From positions 1,860,001 through 1,924,000 of the forward strand of contig NC_134025.1 in assembly GCF_964204645.1 (NCBI RefSeq): a DNA stretch of 64,000 nucleotides, written 5' to 3'. Position numbers and translations under genes: made by a program. The stretch is from Tubulanus polymorphus. Taxonomy: Eukaryota; Animalia; Nemertea. Within the stretch, counting starts at the first letter, position 1. The number at the start of each line of letters is the position of its first letter. Below the pieces are notes generated by a model. That model saw only the letters and a list, made by a program, of their open reading frames with translations. It was not told where the DNA came from and did no database searches. This document shows, one piece after another, positions 27,818 through 42,503 of the stretch.

Positions 27818-30800
27818 CCGAGCAGTTTGTACGCAATCCATCATCATATATAGCTGAAACACTTCGGACATTATTATTTTACACATACATGTACAACAAT
27901 AACCAAGCTATCGACACCCACCCACCTGAACCAATGAATGCTTGAATCGAAGAACATAGAAAAGAGCACAGAGGTTTCTAGTGTTAGTTTTCCACAAGCT
28001 GGTCCTGCAGCATTGTTATTCAAACACTCGCACAGCAAGTCGGTACTCGATGGTAGTTTTCAGTAGAGTACGTGGCCAAGATGTATATAAAATATTTACC
28101 AGTTAATCTAATGACTGGTCACCGGGAACTGTACATGAGGGTGACTGGTATAACAAGTGTCTCCAATATAAATGAAATAAGATTGATACCTGTATTTATT
28201 GTGTATAATAGTTAGTAAAACTGTCGATCGATTTTAAATCAGATGTCGATTTAGATATCTATTTCTAAATGTGAAAAATACCACAAGATGAAGATGAAAA
28301 GGAGTTCTTAAAATTCATCAAATTCTATGCATCTATTATTCGGGAAGTTGTTTTCACTTTGTAAATATAAATAATTCAATTATCCATAAGTATGTTAGAT
28401 TGTGCTCTGGACATAATAATGACAATTTATATGGACAGGTGCATAGACAAGACAATACTTCATATATATGTAGCTGTATATATATTACACATACATGTAT
28501 TGCTCATGTTGGCCATTTTGTGCACAAGTTTTAACATACTCATTCCCCGGTGATATTCAAGACGGAAATCATTTGAACGGTGGTGTTGATTTCATACAGT
28601 TTGCTAGAATTGCTTCAATTACTTGGTTTTTGACAAGATTCAATTTCAGAGGATCCGTGGTGTTACCAGACAATATTTTCCAATGACATGGGAAATATGG
28701 GATGGGAGTCATTTGTATCCTTGACTAGGCGAATACTGGAACAGGACAGCGTGATCCAGATAATCCAGAAAATCTAATTCATATGCGTTGCATTATTGCA
28801 GCTTTAGAGGCTTTGCTTATTTGTGGATGGAGTTGAAAATGCTTGTGATATTTTTGAAGGGTCTACAAAACCTAGACCGTACGGTCAGAGGCCCAATACG
28901 GTACATACAGTTAGGATCAGACACTGATTTAATGATTTGTACACGAGGGAATGAGTACGTATATTGGTTTGAGCAAATATCTATATAAAATACATTTTAC
29001 CACGGTAATATACACACGTGTCAAAAATAACAATAAAACCATCCAAATAAACCACGGCCTAGTGGCTCAAAAGTTCTTTAAGATTTACCACTCGACAACT
29101 GACATAGCGACAATTAAAACTGCATTGGTACGACGGTTATTCATCGGCTGATCGATGTCAATCAATGAACTTTTGAGCAACCAGTCCCGGGTTTTAATGT
29201 TATCCCTAGACTGAAAAACTAACATCTGCATTGATTTGACGCAAATACGGATCAAAACGAACCCTTCACATGATAAATTCATTAAATACAGAGCGATCTA
29301 AGAAAAACATTTCTGTTTCTTATTCTTATCGACGGCGAAAGCAACGAAAAGCAAGCATTCTATAACAACCAATGTCTACATTATATACATCGTTTTTTCT
29401 ATATCTACAATAAACCCAACAAGCTTTTGGCCACAATTACTAGATCAATTTTCTCAATGGATTACTTATATCTAATACTCAGTCATGCCTTCATCACAAT
29501 GCCCATTAAATAATTGATTACTAGAGACAGTAACCTGCACACAGTATAATATTACTATCTATAAAATGAATGAATTCTTTGAAAGCTCATCTAAATAATA
29601 GACTGTCACATAAAGATTTTTATCGCTGAATTTTCTGCGAATTAAGTTCCATAGTTTTATAATGGATATGGTCCCAGAAGCACGAGTAATAAAACAATGG
29701 CAGGTGTGAGTGAAATATGTTTTTGTTTTTCAGAAAATTTGGCTGATTTCATACACACAATTTATATACACATCCCTATACAACATCTACTAAAAACACT
29801 CTACTGAATATATCAGTAATTTTTAGAATATTTCAAAATTCCTTGTAGCAAGTGATCTTGTCTAACGGGTATCTTAATTGGATTGTTCAAATTTCGTCAA
29901 ATTTTATCAAAAACTAAAAACTGAAAAACCAATTGAAAGGAATGTAAACACATACGAACAATGATCATCTATGATTTACTGTGCGTTACGTGACCTTCAG
30001 TTATACAATATCAATACATGCAGACACTCACTTCAATAATCATAATAATAATATAGCTCTCAAAATCCACACGTATAATGATGAAGTATAGCTCTAGCCT
30101 AATATCATCAAAAACTCTGAATACGAAAAATTTATTCTCTGCTTGAATGCAAATTAGTATCTGAAAATATGTCTGTTCTTGTAAAACCAAGGACTAAATT
30201 GATGCAACAAAGTCATTTAATAAATCAAAACGTGAAATAGTACAAATCAATTTTAGAATTTCCTTAAATTCTGTTAAAGGATTTAATTACACAATGAAAC
30301 AGACTGTAGCAGTAGTGATTACTGATTAATGATAACGAAAGTTGTTCTGATACAATATCAAAAGCCACATAAATTCAGCAAATAATACATACATCTGTGT
30401 ATATATATATATATATATAATGCTTATGTAATAAAAATACATGTTTTCCATATTTCTGAAATAATTCTTAAACATAATTCATGAGAGAATGCCCAAATAA
30501 AGTGTTCATGTAATCATATGTGTGACTAGACGATTATAATGTTCCATGTTTCATTAAAACCTTCATGCAATGCCCATCTCAAAGTGCTTTCAATCTTTCA
30601 TCATCCGTTTCTCGCGCCAAAAAATCATGATTTACTCCAAAAAACCGAAGTAAAAACTCGCCGAGAGATTGAAATCTATACTAAACATATTTACAAATAT
30701 ATTCCGAATGAATCAAGTTTCCAAACAGTCAATTTCCAATCTAGATATATATATATAAACAATAAAGTAGCAAATCATTCAAAAGTTACCTAAAAGTCTT

Positions 30801-31105
30801 AATTAAGTATACAATTTATATCATTATCAGTAATTCTCATTTTTAACGTTTTGGATAAAATAATCAGTCATGAACGAGGAGTAATTAGCACATAATTTGT
30901 TGTCATCTCTCAGCACCTTGTATCGTTAAAACTTTTGAGCAATCCGTAATAAACAAAATTCCGATATTTCGCCTATAAGTCCAGAGCCCGCTTCATCACA
31001 GATCAACATTTTGTTTCTTCTATCAATAATATATCGTTCTAAATGCCATGTATTCGTCATTACGAAAAAAAAAATTAAAGAAGTTCAACATACGATGAAT
31101 CGAAG

Positions 31106-33415
31106 TCAACTTTGTTGCGGTGAATTGTTTTTACTTTCGACTGAACACTTGCGGAAATGTTCAGGCAGTTCAGCAGCACGGGTGACGTCTTCGGTTGAAA
31201 TGTTATTATTGTCGCCGCTGCTCAGCGATGTATTCGACGTCCACGTGCCACTACTCGACGCTGTGCTACCGATACTATGCTGAATTGTCGAATCAGAATG
31301 TTCACTGAGATCACAGCTCGTTATAAGTGATTGTGGTACAGCCCATGATTGTTGTTGCTGTTGTTGTTGTTGTTGTTGTTGTTGTTGTGAGGTCATTTCT
31401 AAATCTACACTGTCCATACTGGATATAGAGCACGACTGTCGAGGACTCAAATCGGTGCTATCCATACTAGATACGGAGAGCATACGATCGCTTTCACTCG
31501 ACCCGGAGAGCAAACGATCGCCGTGAGATTCCGTCGATTCGCTGCTCGATCGACTGCTACTTACCGACCACTGATGCGGCGATTCCTCGGAACTCGACGA
31601 ACTAAACGGCGATCTCTTCGTCCAGCGTTTTAGATGAATACGCATGTGACGAGTGATCATATCGCGTCTGCACGCCGCGTACGGACATTGCGGACAGTGA
31701 TAGGGTTTTTCGCCGGTATGCGTGCGTTGATGCGTATTCAAATGATCGCTGCGACTGAAAACCTGACCACAAACTTTACATTCGTAAGGTTTCAGTCCCG
31801 TGTGTAGACGCATGTGTCTGGTTAACATATCACTACGCGAAAACGCGCGATTACAAACTTTACAGTAATGTATTTTACTATTGTCGGCTCCGCGCACGGT
31901 CTCTGTTGGTAAATGCTTAGCCATATGCTTCGCTAAATTGTCGTACGACGGAAAAACTTGAGTACAAATCGGACACGAATACATAGTTTTTGATTCTTGC
32001 GCGCCGCGGCTTTCTAACATCTCGGATGGAGGCGGGAACACAAATTTCTGCGATAACTGCGAAGATTTGGTGTGCTGCGGTAGATCTGAGGAGGTTTGTC
32101 TCATGATGATCTCTTGAGGGGATGGCGAAGGAGTTACCCCACCCGCGTGTACGTAACCCTGGAATGTAGGTGGAGATCGTCCGGGGGAGTAACGAGGAGA
32201 TATCGGTGAAATACCGGCCGGAGACAGCTGCTGCTGCTGCGTCGAATGTAACGCGGCTGGTATTAAATACTGAGGAGATGAGATACAAGTCGAGGTATAG
32301 ATAGCTGATGATGTAACTAACGGACTAGGAACGTGAGTATGGACCGGTTTACGCCAGCGCGCGCTAACTGTATCTGATTGAATAATGTGCGGAGCTTGGA
32401 CGACGATATCTTGATACTTCATACCGCGACACTGAGTCGGTATCGGGATACACATCTCCTTACTCGCGATCGTCGGCAACGCCTGAAACGCGGCTAGAGA
32501 CCGAGACAGATCTAACGGTTCTTGTTGAACCGATATCGCGCCGGAGATGCTCGCCGATTTCGGTTTCATTTGTTCGGGAACCTCGGGAATCGTTTTACAA
32601 ACCGATGAATCTTCGTGGATGTCCATCTCGAAGACGGCGTCGTCGTCTTTACTCGTTTCGACGTCGCTCAAACCCTCGGCGCTTTCCTGACTAGATAAAT
32701 ACCGCGCTCGTAATATCTTCTTAAAGCTTTGATGCGAGTGGATTTGAGATTTCGCCTTCGAGCATTCGCCTTCTCCGTGAACGAACGCTTCGCCTTCCGT
32801 ATCTTTACTAGCCGAACTACCGTCGGAACTTTTACTCATCGAACTCGGACTTTGCGAGATAAATTTGATGTCTTCGTCGATGAGAATCGGCGAACGTTGT
32901 TCACGCGAAACGGGTTTAAAATACGGAAACGAGGACTCGTCGCCGGTCATTCTCCACAGCGGCGACGATATACTCTCTTTATCGGTCTCCGATTTACTGC
33001 GCGGTTTTTCTGGAACGACGAGCTCGGCCTCGCGTTGATAAACTGGACTGTATTGTTGGAAAGATTCGAGCGAACGAATGGAATGTATATTCTGATCGTA
33101 ACCCCCGGTGATCTGTAACGTTTCCTCATCGCTGATTGGTGAATGTTCGAACTGTATTTGTGCCGGCATGATTTGATGTTGATAACGTTGTTCAATGGGA
33201 TAAACGACTAGTTGAGGAGAACTCGACTGATGACCTCTGATTCCGGACGCGCTCGTCTTAGCCGTATCATGCATAGCGACTAACTGATGATATTTTTTGC
33301 GTTGCTCGGAGGCCATATTTGTTTCATCGTGACGACTTCTAATGCCGATTGAAATATTAACGGTTTTTGTCGTCTCGTAACTATGGTTCCCCATCATTCG
33401 GAAAAAACGAATCAT
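31106..33415 (-). CDS. klu: Klumpfuss-type EGR/WT1-like C2H2 zinc-finger transcription factor, 769 aa, single coding exon
   Basis: Four fingers: CPICTQVFPSYDNLAKHMAKH, CKVCNRAFSRSDMLTRHMRLH-TGLKP, CKVCGQVFSRSDHLNTHQRTH-TGEKP, CPQCPYAACRRDMITRHMRIH. The last three closely match Drosophila Klumpfuss as I recall it. PLDLS CtBP-binding motif; Ser- and Gln-rich regions. The actual start Met is uncertain; likely exon acceptor near 33615. Confidence 0.9.
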   Translation of the reverse strand: MIRFFRMMGNHSYETTKTVNISIGIRSRHDETNMASEQRKKYHQLVAMHDTAKTSASGIRGHQSSSPQLVVYPIEQRYQHQIMPAQIQFEHSPISDEETLQITGGYDQNIHSIRSLESFQQYSPVYQREAELVVPEKPRSKSETDKESISSPLWRMTGDESSFPYFKPVSREQRSPILIDEDIKFISQSPSSMSKSSDGSSASKDTEGEAFVHGEGECSKAKSQIHSHQSFKKILRARYLSSQESAEGLSDVETSKDDDAVFEMDIHEDSSVCKTIPEVPEQMKPKSASISGAISVQQEPLDLSRSLAAFQALPTIASKEMCIPIPTQCRGMKYQDIVVQAPHIIQSDTVSARWRKPVHTHVPSPLVTSSAIYTSTCISSPQYLIPAALHSTQQQQLSPAGISPISPRYSPGRSPPTFQGYVHAGGVTPSPSPQEIIMRQTSSDLPQHTKSSQLSQKFVFPPPSEMLESRGAQESKTMYSCPICTQVFPSYDNLAKHMAKHLPTETVRGADNSKIHYCKVCNRAFSRSDMLTRHMRLHTGLKPYECKVCGQVFSRSDHLNTHQRTHTGEKPYHCPQCPYAACRRDMITRHMRIHLKRWTKRSPFSSSSSEESPHQWSVSSSRSSSESTESHGDRLLSGSSESDRMLSVSSMDSTDLSPRQSCSISSMDSVDLEMTSQQQQQQQQQQQQQSWAVPQSLITSCDLSEHSDSTIQHSIGSTASSSGTWTSNTSLSSGDNNNISTEDVTRAAELPEHFRKCSVESKNNSPQQS

Positions 33416-36400
33416 TCATCTTGTCGTAGCAGTTATCGGTAAAATATAAACGTCCAATCATTCAATCCGATTTATACGATATAAATATATACGATACGAT
33501 ACGATACATATTTATTTGATAAATAGCCGTAAAAATAGTTGGCGCCAGTTGTTTAACTGTATACACGCGTATCGGAAATGTATCGAAACATGAAGACAAT
33601 AAAACCAGAAAATCTGAAAAATATAAAAATATCATATTCATGTAAATAACCATACGTTTGCAAAACTCATAAGCTGAATTCATTCATAACTCATAAACAT
33701 GAGTTCTATTAAAACTCATGTTTTAACTATTCACGTACATCTCATAACTCACAAACTTATCAGAGAAACTAGTGACGAACTGACCAGCATCACTGTGACT
33801 GACCGAAGTAAACCTGTTTAAATGTTATATTTACTCATTTACATTCCCCCATAATTAACACATATAGTGAAGTAAATCAACAGTGTTAGAAGTAGATCAC
33901 ATATTCATTAACTAGATGCCTTAAACAACCATTCACACCGATACCAAATGGGTCGGTCCATACCTGTTTGACGCACGTCAAATTCAGCCTGACCAGACCA
34001 GGTCGGCACCAAATATTAACACCGGTCAAACTATTTTAACGCTGGTTATGGATGTGACTCTCCCTGCTTGACACAGCATTGTTTCAGTAACAAGTGATTG
34101 ATTTAGGCCTACCTGTGAGGTCCTACAGAGGTCTGGTCTGGACGACTGAACCACTATGAACTGGGAATAATTGTGTGAGCATTAGCTTGATCACATGATT
34201 ACTTTAGTAATCATTAGTTTGTACCGATGAAGGAACACGTGGTCAATAGCTTTATCCAAAATTCCTGAGTTTTCCAGTTTTTTTTGGTAAAATTTGTCAA
34301 ATTCCCTGAGTTTTCTAGGTTTTCCAGGTTGACAGGTTATACACTGATATGAAATAAGTAGTACAAAAGCCACATTTCAGATTCTGCGTCCACCCCCGCG
34401 GCTTATTACTAAAGGATTGGTGAGAATTCCACTTAAATCATCAAACCTGGAATGGTGATTGTAACACACCCAGACAGAGATGAATTAACACATACAACTC
34501 ACTAATTACAATACTACGAATTCATATGATGAATTTATCATGATTCACAGTTCGGTGCAATACGTACCTTCTCAATATGAAATTAACTACATGATGAACT
34601 TTGCATATAAAATAACTTCATAGAAAAACTGAAAAAGAGAAGATAAAGAAAATGATTATATTGATGTGACATTTTAAGTCCAAAAAGAGGAACTTTTTGA
34701 CTTCAATCTTTCTGATAATTGAATTAACAGGCCTGAGTAATAAAATACTTCAACAGTCAAATTCGCAACAAAATTGCGCACGAAAATACATAAGAATCAA
34801 ATTTGGAAGGACTTTTTTATCAAAAGGAAGGACTTAGAGTCGAAAAGAAGGACAAAGATGATGTTTGTCCAAACTTTTTCCAAAAGAAGGACTTGGAAGG
34901 ACCGCTGGAAACCCTGGAAGACCTATGTCCTATTAAAGTATAGCGTAGATGGCGCCAGATATGACACAACATGCATTTCGATATCATCGAATATCCACCG
35001 TTACGATCTGTCTCTACAGAAATAATTCATCATTACAGAAATAAAATCATTCAAATGATTGAGAATGATTTTAAGATTACGTCAATTTTATCTCATTGAA
35101 ATTTCAAAGCTAAGGAAGCGTTCAAATAATACGTTTCAATGTTAATTATCAGTCGTTCTTCAAAACTAATCATTCGCATAAGAAATTATTTCTATCTCTC
35201 TCAAATTTTCATAATTACCACCAACGTGCTTCCGTTAGAACATACATCCGATGAGTCGGTCAATCACAGATAGAAATGAATTTAAACGGCCCGGAGAGCG
35301 CGACGTGTAAGTGATAGATACCACGGCTATGGATATTGTATTATCAAGGGATGGATGTATGTTGTTGATATCATTACATATAATTATCAGCTAAATGTAT
35401 TACTATTGTCTGCAATCAAACTACTAGAATTAATCACATAAACTAACGACGTATTTACTGATTAATATTGGATATACAACTCTCTGATGAATCAAACAGC
35501 TTCGATCACGAGTTAACTCGGCTCGAGTCAAATCTGTTGAAATGTGTTCGAAATGAGCGATATTCCGGTCAAGCAAGTAATAGGCTGCACTCTATTGGTT
35601 CTATTTGGACAGTAGTCCAGACCTGTGTCATCCAGGCCTAGTCCGGCCCGCACCGGAAATGCCGGTGCGAACGCGGCCCGTGAAAATTTGATTTGAGAGT
35701 GAAACTCTCAGAGTTGAACATCTGTGAGCTGAGAAAAATTAACTAACGACAATGATAATGATGATAATGATAATAGACTGACCTCGTTTGAATGTTTCCA
35801 GTGAATTGTTGTAGATATTCTGTTTGTGCATTAGGACAAGAAAACTTCTCTAAATAAATCAGCAAACTGAAAAACACAATAACAAAAACAACACGATTAA
35901 TAAGAGGCTCACGCATCCAGCAATCAACCATCTGATTACTGTCAACAGATGAGGAAAAAACCTCAATGAAGGACCAACTAATTTATTACCAGTGCGCACG
36001 CACGCACACAGGAAGGCAGGCACACGCAGGCAAACTCGCTTTAGGTAACTTTACAGATTCAAAATAACGAGAGAAACAACAGTATGAACACTAGAGAGAC
36101 CACGATCAATGAACCTAGGCTGAACTGACGTGATGATCATTGTTTCAAAATAAAAATCCCTGCAGCGATATTCAGTTCGTGCAGACGCGTAGCTAGAAAA
36201 AAAATCAACTCAATCAAAATACATAGAAATCATATACGCGCGATTGATTTTAATAAAATGAAGACGTTTCTGAGAAAATGAATGTCGCGAGTTCTTATCA
36301 TGGTTATTGAGTATGTTCTCAATCAATTGGTGCTTGAAAACGGGAAATTACTTCACAAGTCTGAAACAATGAGCATTTAGTTTCAACTCATGACTATAAA

Positions 36401-36427
36401 AAAACATCAATATCTTAGATGATGATC

Positions 36428-36550
36428 GGGAGGGAGGGGGAGGGAGGAAGAGGGAGGGAGGGAGAAAGTGGGAGGGAGGGAGGAAGTAAGAGGGAGGGAG
36501 GGAGAGAGGAAGAGGGAGGGAGGGAGGGAGGGAGAAAGAGGGAGAGAGGA
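36428..36550 (+). repeat. Polypurine (GGGA)n-like tract
   Basis: Read directly from the sequence. Confidence 0.85.
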
Positions 36551-39070
36551 CAGTCTGTTCAAACTTCATATTTTCCTGTATGCACAAAAATCATCAAACA
36601 CGTGTGAATACAAACCAAATATGGTAGAAACGCTTTGACTTCAGGCGTAGAGGCAACTTCTATCACAAAACAGGTGAATGATGTTTACTATTATTGACTA
36701 CTCGTGAAATATAATGATGTACCATTAAAACAATGCAAGGTCATGAAAAAATCATACGAAGGACATGAAAATCTGATACAAGCTGACATTCAGAATTTCA
36801 GAATATTCCCATTTTATTGTGATTGATGGCATTTTGTGGAATAAATGGGGAAAAACAGGTAGAAAGAGTAGAAAAAGTTAGGAATAAGTAAAGCAAAACA
36901 CTTTTGCGAAGATACCCATTCACGTTGTTGTGTCTTTTTAATTCTTATGAATAAATTTTATTACATTGAGGGTTTTTAGCTTATTCAGCAAATAATAAAA
37001 TCCACATTCGACAACTTGTTTTACATATTTGCCAAGATTGGTGAATCGGTGTAGTTTATAAATGTCACCAGCGCCGGTAATCTTAAAGTGCAGCATTGAT
37101 GTAAACGTTCTCATTCATGACATCAGAGTTGAGCGAACATTAAATGTGAAAGGTCTCGTCGCAACGCGCGCGGTGTACATTACAGATTGAGTTAGGTAAA
37201 CTTTGAGGACCGGATTCCCACGTGTTGGAATGACGCATTCGATTAGAAGGCCCCGGTAAATGCCTAATGCTAATTACCAGCGTTATGGAAGGTAAAACAA
37301 TTGTGTCAGCTTTTCTGGCATTTCTTTCATCTTTTCATTAAGACAATGACTTGAAAGGAAGTTCCATTTTCTTATGAATCTTTAGAGGAACTGGAAACAT
37401 TTTCTAAATTGTGATTAAAATTGCATTCCACCATTCTGAAATTTAAGTCAGAAATGGGCGATTTTCGATGAAGGCCTGAAGCTTTGTTGTTGTCTCGATC
37501 ACAAAGGCTGCCTCTCACACACTCCACCCCCTTTCAGTCTTGTCCACCAAAGAAATTGCCCCTTTGGCTAAGGTTGAGCCCTATGAAAAATTCTAGCTAC
37601 AGCCTCAAAGTGGGAAACGAGGCTCGGACCAGAATCAATTCTTCTGCGATAAGACGAAATAAAAGTTGAAATTTCAACTTTTTCTCGTATCATGCAATTT
37701 GATTACATACTTGAAGAATATATTTGTTGATAAAAGATATGAACGCATATAATAATACCAGTACTGTATATGATTATCATAATCAAATCTCAATCTGTCA
37801 AGGAGAACACCAAGGGGAATCATTCTAGATGACAATTTTTGACATTAAGAATACATAAACATTAGTTATGAAAGTATAGACTTGTACGTATTGAATAACT
37901 GCTTCCCAGCACAGAAACCAGGCACTCTTTCCGTGATAAACCCTGGGTAAATGAGTGGCAAAAAAACTATCAGATTTAATCCAGAGCAAGCATCTGAAGA
38001 CAATACGAAACCTGAATGAAATGTGAGAATTTGGTCGCTTAAAAATCATCCCTACAACATTCAATACAAATTATACTTACATTACAAATTTCATTCTCAT
38101 TTCAACGAAGCCTAATGAATTTAAACGCTGTATCAACGACAATGTCAATAAAACGTCAAGTTCATTAAAAATATACGAAATAATTTGTGAAAAATCGTCA
38201 TTCATCGTAATGAACCAGTCGTTATATACACCACGTTCTCTACAGAGGTATAGATCGTAAAACGACAATATTTGCAGTCTGAGTAGAAATTTAAAAAGCC
38301 ATTGACGCAGATATTGACATCAGTCGCATTCAGCAATTTAAAACAGTGTCACAATTCCTGGAAAAATCGATCGTCGAGTTCTTAACAAGTGGTTATTACT
38401 GCCTGTAACGTGCTGCCATCTATAAACAATGGTATCACAAATCGAACTGATCCGTCTGCGATATTCCAAGAAATATCTCGACTAGTCAATAAACCGTGAG
38501 ACCTATAAGAATCGATTATTTTATATCAAGTGCGACGCGTTTTATGTTTGAAACATCGGATCGAGCTTTCATACATAGCATAGAAATATATGATCATTAA
38601 TTCAGTGTTCTACGAGGACGACCGAGACCCATCATAAATCCAACCCCCCCTGTTTAAATACCTCTCAACTGAGCTCAACGTCAATATTCTATCAATACTA
38701 ATGATTGATTTCTCAAGTAGTGAGTTAGAAACCAGCGGGTACTGACAAATTGCACCAAAATTTAGCTTCATTTTCAATATTTCTAAAGAGATTCCAAATT
38801 ATTGACAAAAAAACTTTGCAACTTCAGAGTAAAAAATCTAAAATGAATGCAACACCTTAAAAATCAAAGTTTATGTGGAACGACTCACACTATTCAACAT
38901 GCATCGCACGCATTGACAAGATTTCTACTGATGAATCAGAGATCATATAAAACTGACAAGTACAAGATAAATATCATCTTAAAATTCTCAACAAAAATAT
39001 ATTTTGCAAACGATGCCTGAATAAAAACTGCGATCGATTTTGCAACTTTTACGAAGAAAATGAATCCTAC

Positions 39071-39330
39071 CTGATTAAATGTAAAGACGAACATCAATAT
39101 CACCGATCGAATTCAGAGTTCCCCCGATTATCACCTGAATAAAATCTTCGAAAATACGCGTAGAAGAAAATGTTGCCACGAAATCAGCAGATCGCATTCG
39201 AACTGAGGTAAGTAACGACGTAGCGCGCGTATGTATAGTACAAAGGCAAGACGCATAGCAGGCGTGGGTGACAAGAGACAGCCAGCCGATTGGATCTGAC
39301 TGGCTCGTATAATACCGCGTGATGACAACA
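39071..39330 (-). promoter_or_regulatory. Candidate alternative 5' non-coding exon/promoter of klu
   Basis: Minus-strand donor CAG|GTAGG near 39070; CpG-rich patch; contains GCGTGGGTG at 39262-39270. Confidence 0.35.
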
Positions 39331-41730
39331 CACTGAACGTCGACGTCATTCAAACGAATACTAGCGCCGAATACTAGCGCTAGAAGTGCATTCACTAACC
39401 ACCAAAAAACAAAAACAAACAATAACTACAGATCTTCAGTCTATGACTGACTACCTTCAGTTCTGTCAAAACTCGTTTTCCGTATATGGGGAACGTGAAG
39501 AAGTTATTCGCGCGCGGCCGGGAGTAAACCCTAGATATTAACAAATAGATAATAAGAACCCCGGTGATAATGAACATTTCACGAATTAATCGGAAAAAAA
39601 TGCCTTTACGTCAGAGCACTTTGCTGATATGAAATATGAGGGCAAATCGCAAAAAAAACATGAAACAGTAAACATCGTGTAGAAACCTATTTCGTGAATA
39701 TCGATAATATCAAATGAATAATTATTCATCTAATTCGAGATCATATTCCTTCAAACTTCTCATCCCGCAGTTTCAAAAGTGGAGAAAAAAATTATTAACC
39801 CCGACCACCTACGAAGGTTTCCTGAATGTGTTAATTGAAAACCATCACCGTATTGAAGACCACAAGAATCACCTTATTAACACATCTACACCTTCACATA
39901 CCTCTTACCTAAATCTTTCAACAAAAAAGTGGAGCAACTATAACCGAAATTTCGGTAATCCAGGAATGAAAATGATAAGTAATGAAAGCGCCATCGCAAA
40001 CTTGAAAATAAATCAACCACCAAGTTTTAATAACAGATGAGGTAAGATTGATGCATGGGGTTACGCACCCCCTAAAAAGTAGACCTGAAATTTTACAGGA
40101 AAATATAGAAATTATAAGCTTGTTCTCTGTTGGGTAGATTTTGGATGCATCCCTTCTTAAAACAGACCCTAGCTGCAACCCTGACAAAGTCGCGAACATC
40201 ATCGTTTACGCAATAAATGATCTACTGCTTCGTCTGGTTTTAAACTAATTAATAAATTATCAATAATAATCACGAGATATTCTCTAATTTATTCATTCAT
40301 CATAATTACTACGAATTATTGGTATAAACATAAAACAATGTTTGATGAATAAGAGATGATCAGTCAATGATTATTCATTCATTTGTTCACATTTTTTCTC
40401 CCACATAAAATGAGTTTGAGTAACTCAGATTTATGATCAGTTCCATCATTCATCCCAGAAACTACAGAAACCCTTATTTTCCTAAACCAGGAAGGGTTTG
40501 ACACGTTAGGACTAGTTTGTAGTCTGCACAGGACGATTACACATTCCGTAATCTTATTTTGTTCTCAGTACGCCTGAAATGGCTAATAGCATTTAGCCGA
40601 AACGTTGCTCTTAAATATAATCATTCTGATCTAGAACTTTTCATTTTTGGCTTCATTATTGTGGGATTATTCTCGTTATCAATATACACAGATATCGTGT
40701 ATCTTCTCGTCTCACCAAATAGGAATATCGCAAAGTTGTGACAGCAAACCACTCACATATAATACCGGGGTCATGTCTCACGCTCAACTAGCATTAACTT
40801 GTTAGATCACTATAGAAGAAAGACGGTCTTGGATGGTTTTGGATTTCAAGTCATTACCGAGCACCCGGGCCCTGAATCATCAGCTACATCGCACTCATAT
40901 CCCTCTGAGTTTCTCCTCAAATGTTTTGACTGGCGGTTTAAAGTTTAAATAGCCTTATGAATCAACGATTTCCCCTTAACAGCCAAAATATGATGAATTA
41001 TCAAGGTAAATGAAATATCATTCATTTGGCAACAATCTACATTAAGACAAGGATCGTATCTAGTTTCAGCGATGTTTAAGATGAAAGTTGAGATTTATGA
41101 GTCATTAATTATGAGTAGGTCGACAGATCATTGCCATATCCTACCGAATCCTAATAAATCATCATAAAAACAGCTTAAACAACACGACATAAACATACGC
41201 ATCTTAATGACGTCATTTTGATATAGGACGCGCTTTTATCAACATTTCTTAATCTTCAGAAATAAACCAGACGAATATTGCGAATAATATACATCATTAT
41301 CGGATTACAATTACGAGAATAGGTCCATTCCATCCTGCAGACTATAATAAGATATTAAACAGTCTATCTATAGTAACGTATGAAGATGAAATAAAATATA
41401 AACATGGACTAGGTGTGACAGCAAAGTGTATGGCTTCATCAATTTTATACATAAGTGAATTTCTTCGAAATGTCAACGCAGCAACATTTGAATTTAAGTG
41501 AAATAAAAAAGTAAAGACCTGTTGTTTCTACGAAATCAGTCATTTCTTTTTGCGTAATCTTTGCAGGGGGACCTGCCGGCTGATTCTTACATTATTCATT
41601 AAATTATAGTGAATATATATAAAGTATGTCAATATAAAACTAGCGGTACAACCAACTGTGATATGTGAATTCCTGGAACTCATTTACACTGATATATCCT
41701 GCACTTACCACTTCTACGTCAGTCAGTGTC

Positions 41731-41799
41731 GAGAGGGAGAGAGGGAGAGAGGGAGAAGGGAGAGAGAGAGAGAGAGAGGGAGAGAGAGAGAGAGAGAGT
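41731..41799 (+). repeat. (GA)n microsatellite
   Basis: Read directly from the sequence. Confidence 0.9.
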
Positions 41800-42042
41800 A
41801 TGAATGAACTCATCCTAACATTTCTCGTATATGTAATTGCTTATATAGGACTTTAAATGTGACTTACATAAACACCTTCCGTAACGGCATCAATTTACAG
41901 ACACGCGAATGAATAAATCATCATGAAGTTAACATTTAATCAAAAGACTATTTTTGATTATATAAACTATTGAGAAGATTCGCAGAGAAGCCGTGTAAAC
42001 CTGTCGATAGAGACAGATAGTTTTACTTCATAAGTTTAACTA

Positions 42043-42380
42043 GTTCATTCATTCATTCATTCATTCATTCATTCATTCATTCATTCATTCATTCATTCAT
42101 TCATTCATTCATTCATTCATTCATTCATTCATTCATTCATTCATTCATTCATTCATTCATTCATTCATTCATTCATTCATTCATTCATTCATTCATTCAT
42201 TCATTCATTCATTCATTCATTCATTCATTCATTCATTCATTCATTCATTCATTCATTCATTCATTCATTCATTCATTCATTCATTCATTCATTCATTCAT
42301 TCATTCATTCATTCATTCATTCATTCATTCATTCATTCATTCATTCATTCATTCATTCATTCATTCATTCATTCATTCAT
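42043..42380 (+). repeat. (TTCA)n tetranucleotide microsatellite
   Basis: About 340 bp, apparently uninterrupted. Confidence 0.97.
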
Positions 42381-42503
42381 ACAGTTTATTACTACGCGTT
42401 CAAACGACTGAAGATTTAAGACTCGCTGTCCATCCGTTCGAACCATTAGCATTAAAATATGGCTAAGAAAGATTATAACAGAGAAATAAGATAAGAAACT
42501 TAC

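Noticed and set aside
31011-33195. Antisense and alternate-frame ORFs overlapping klu
   Set aside because: Shadows of a GC-richer coding exon; no recognisable domains.
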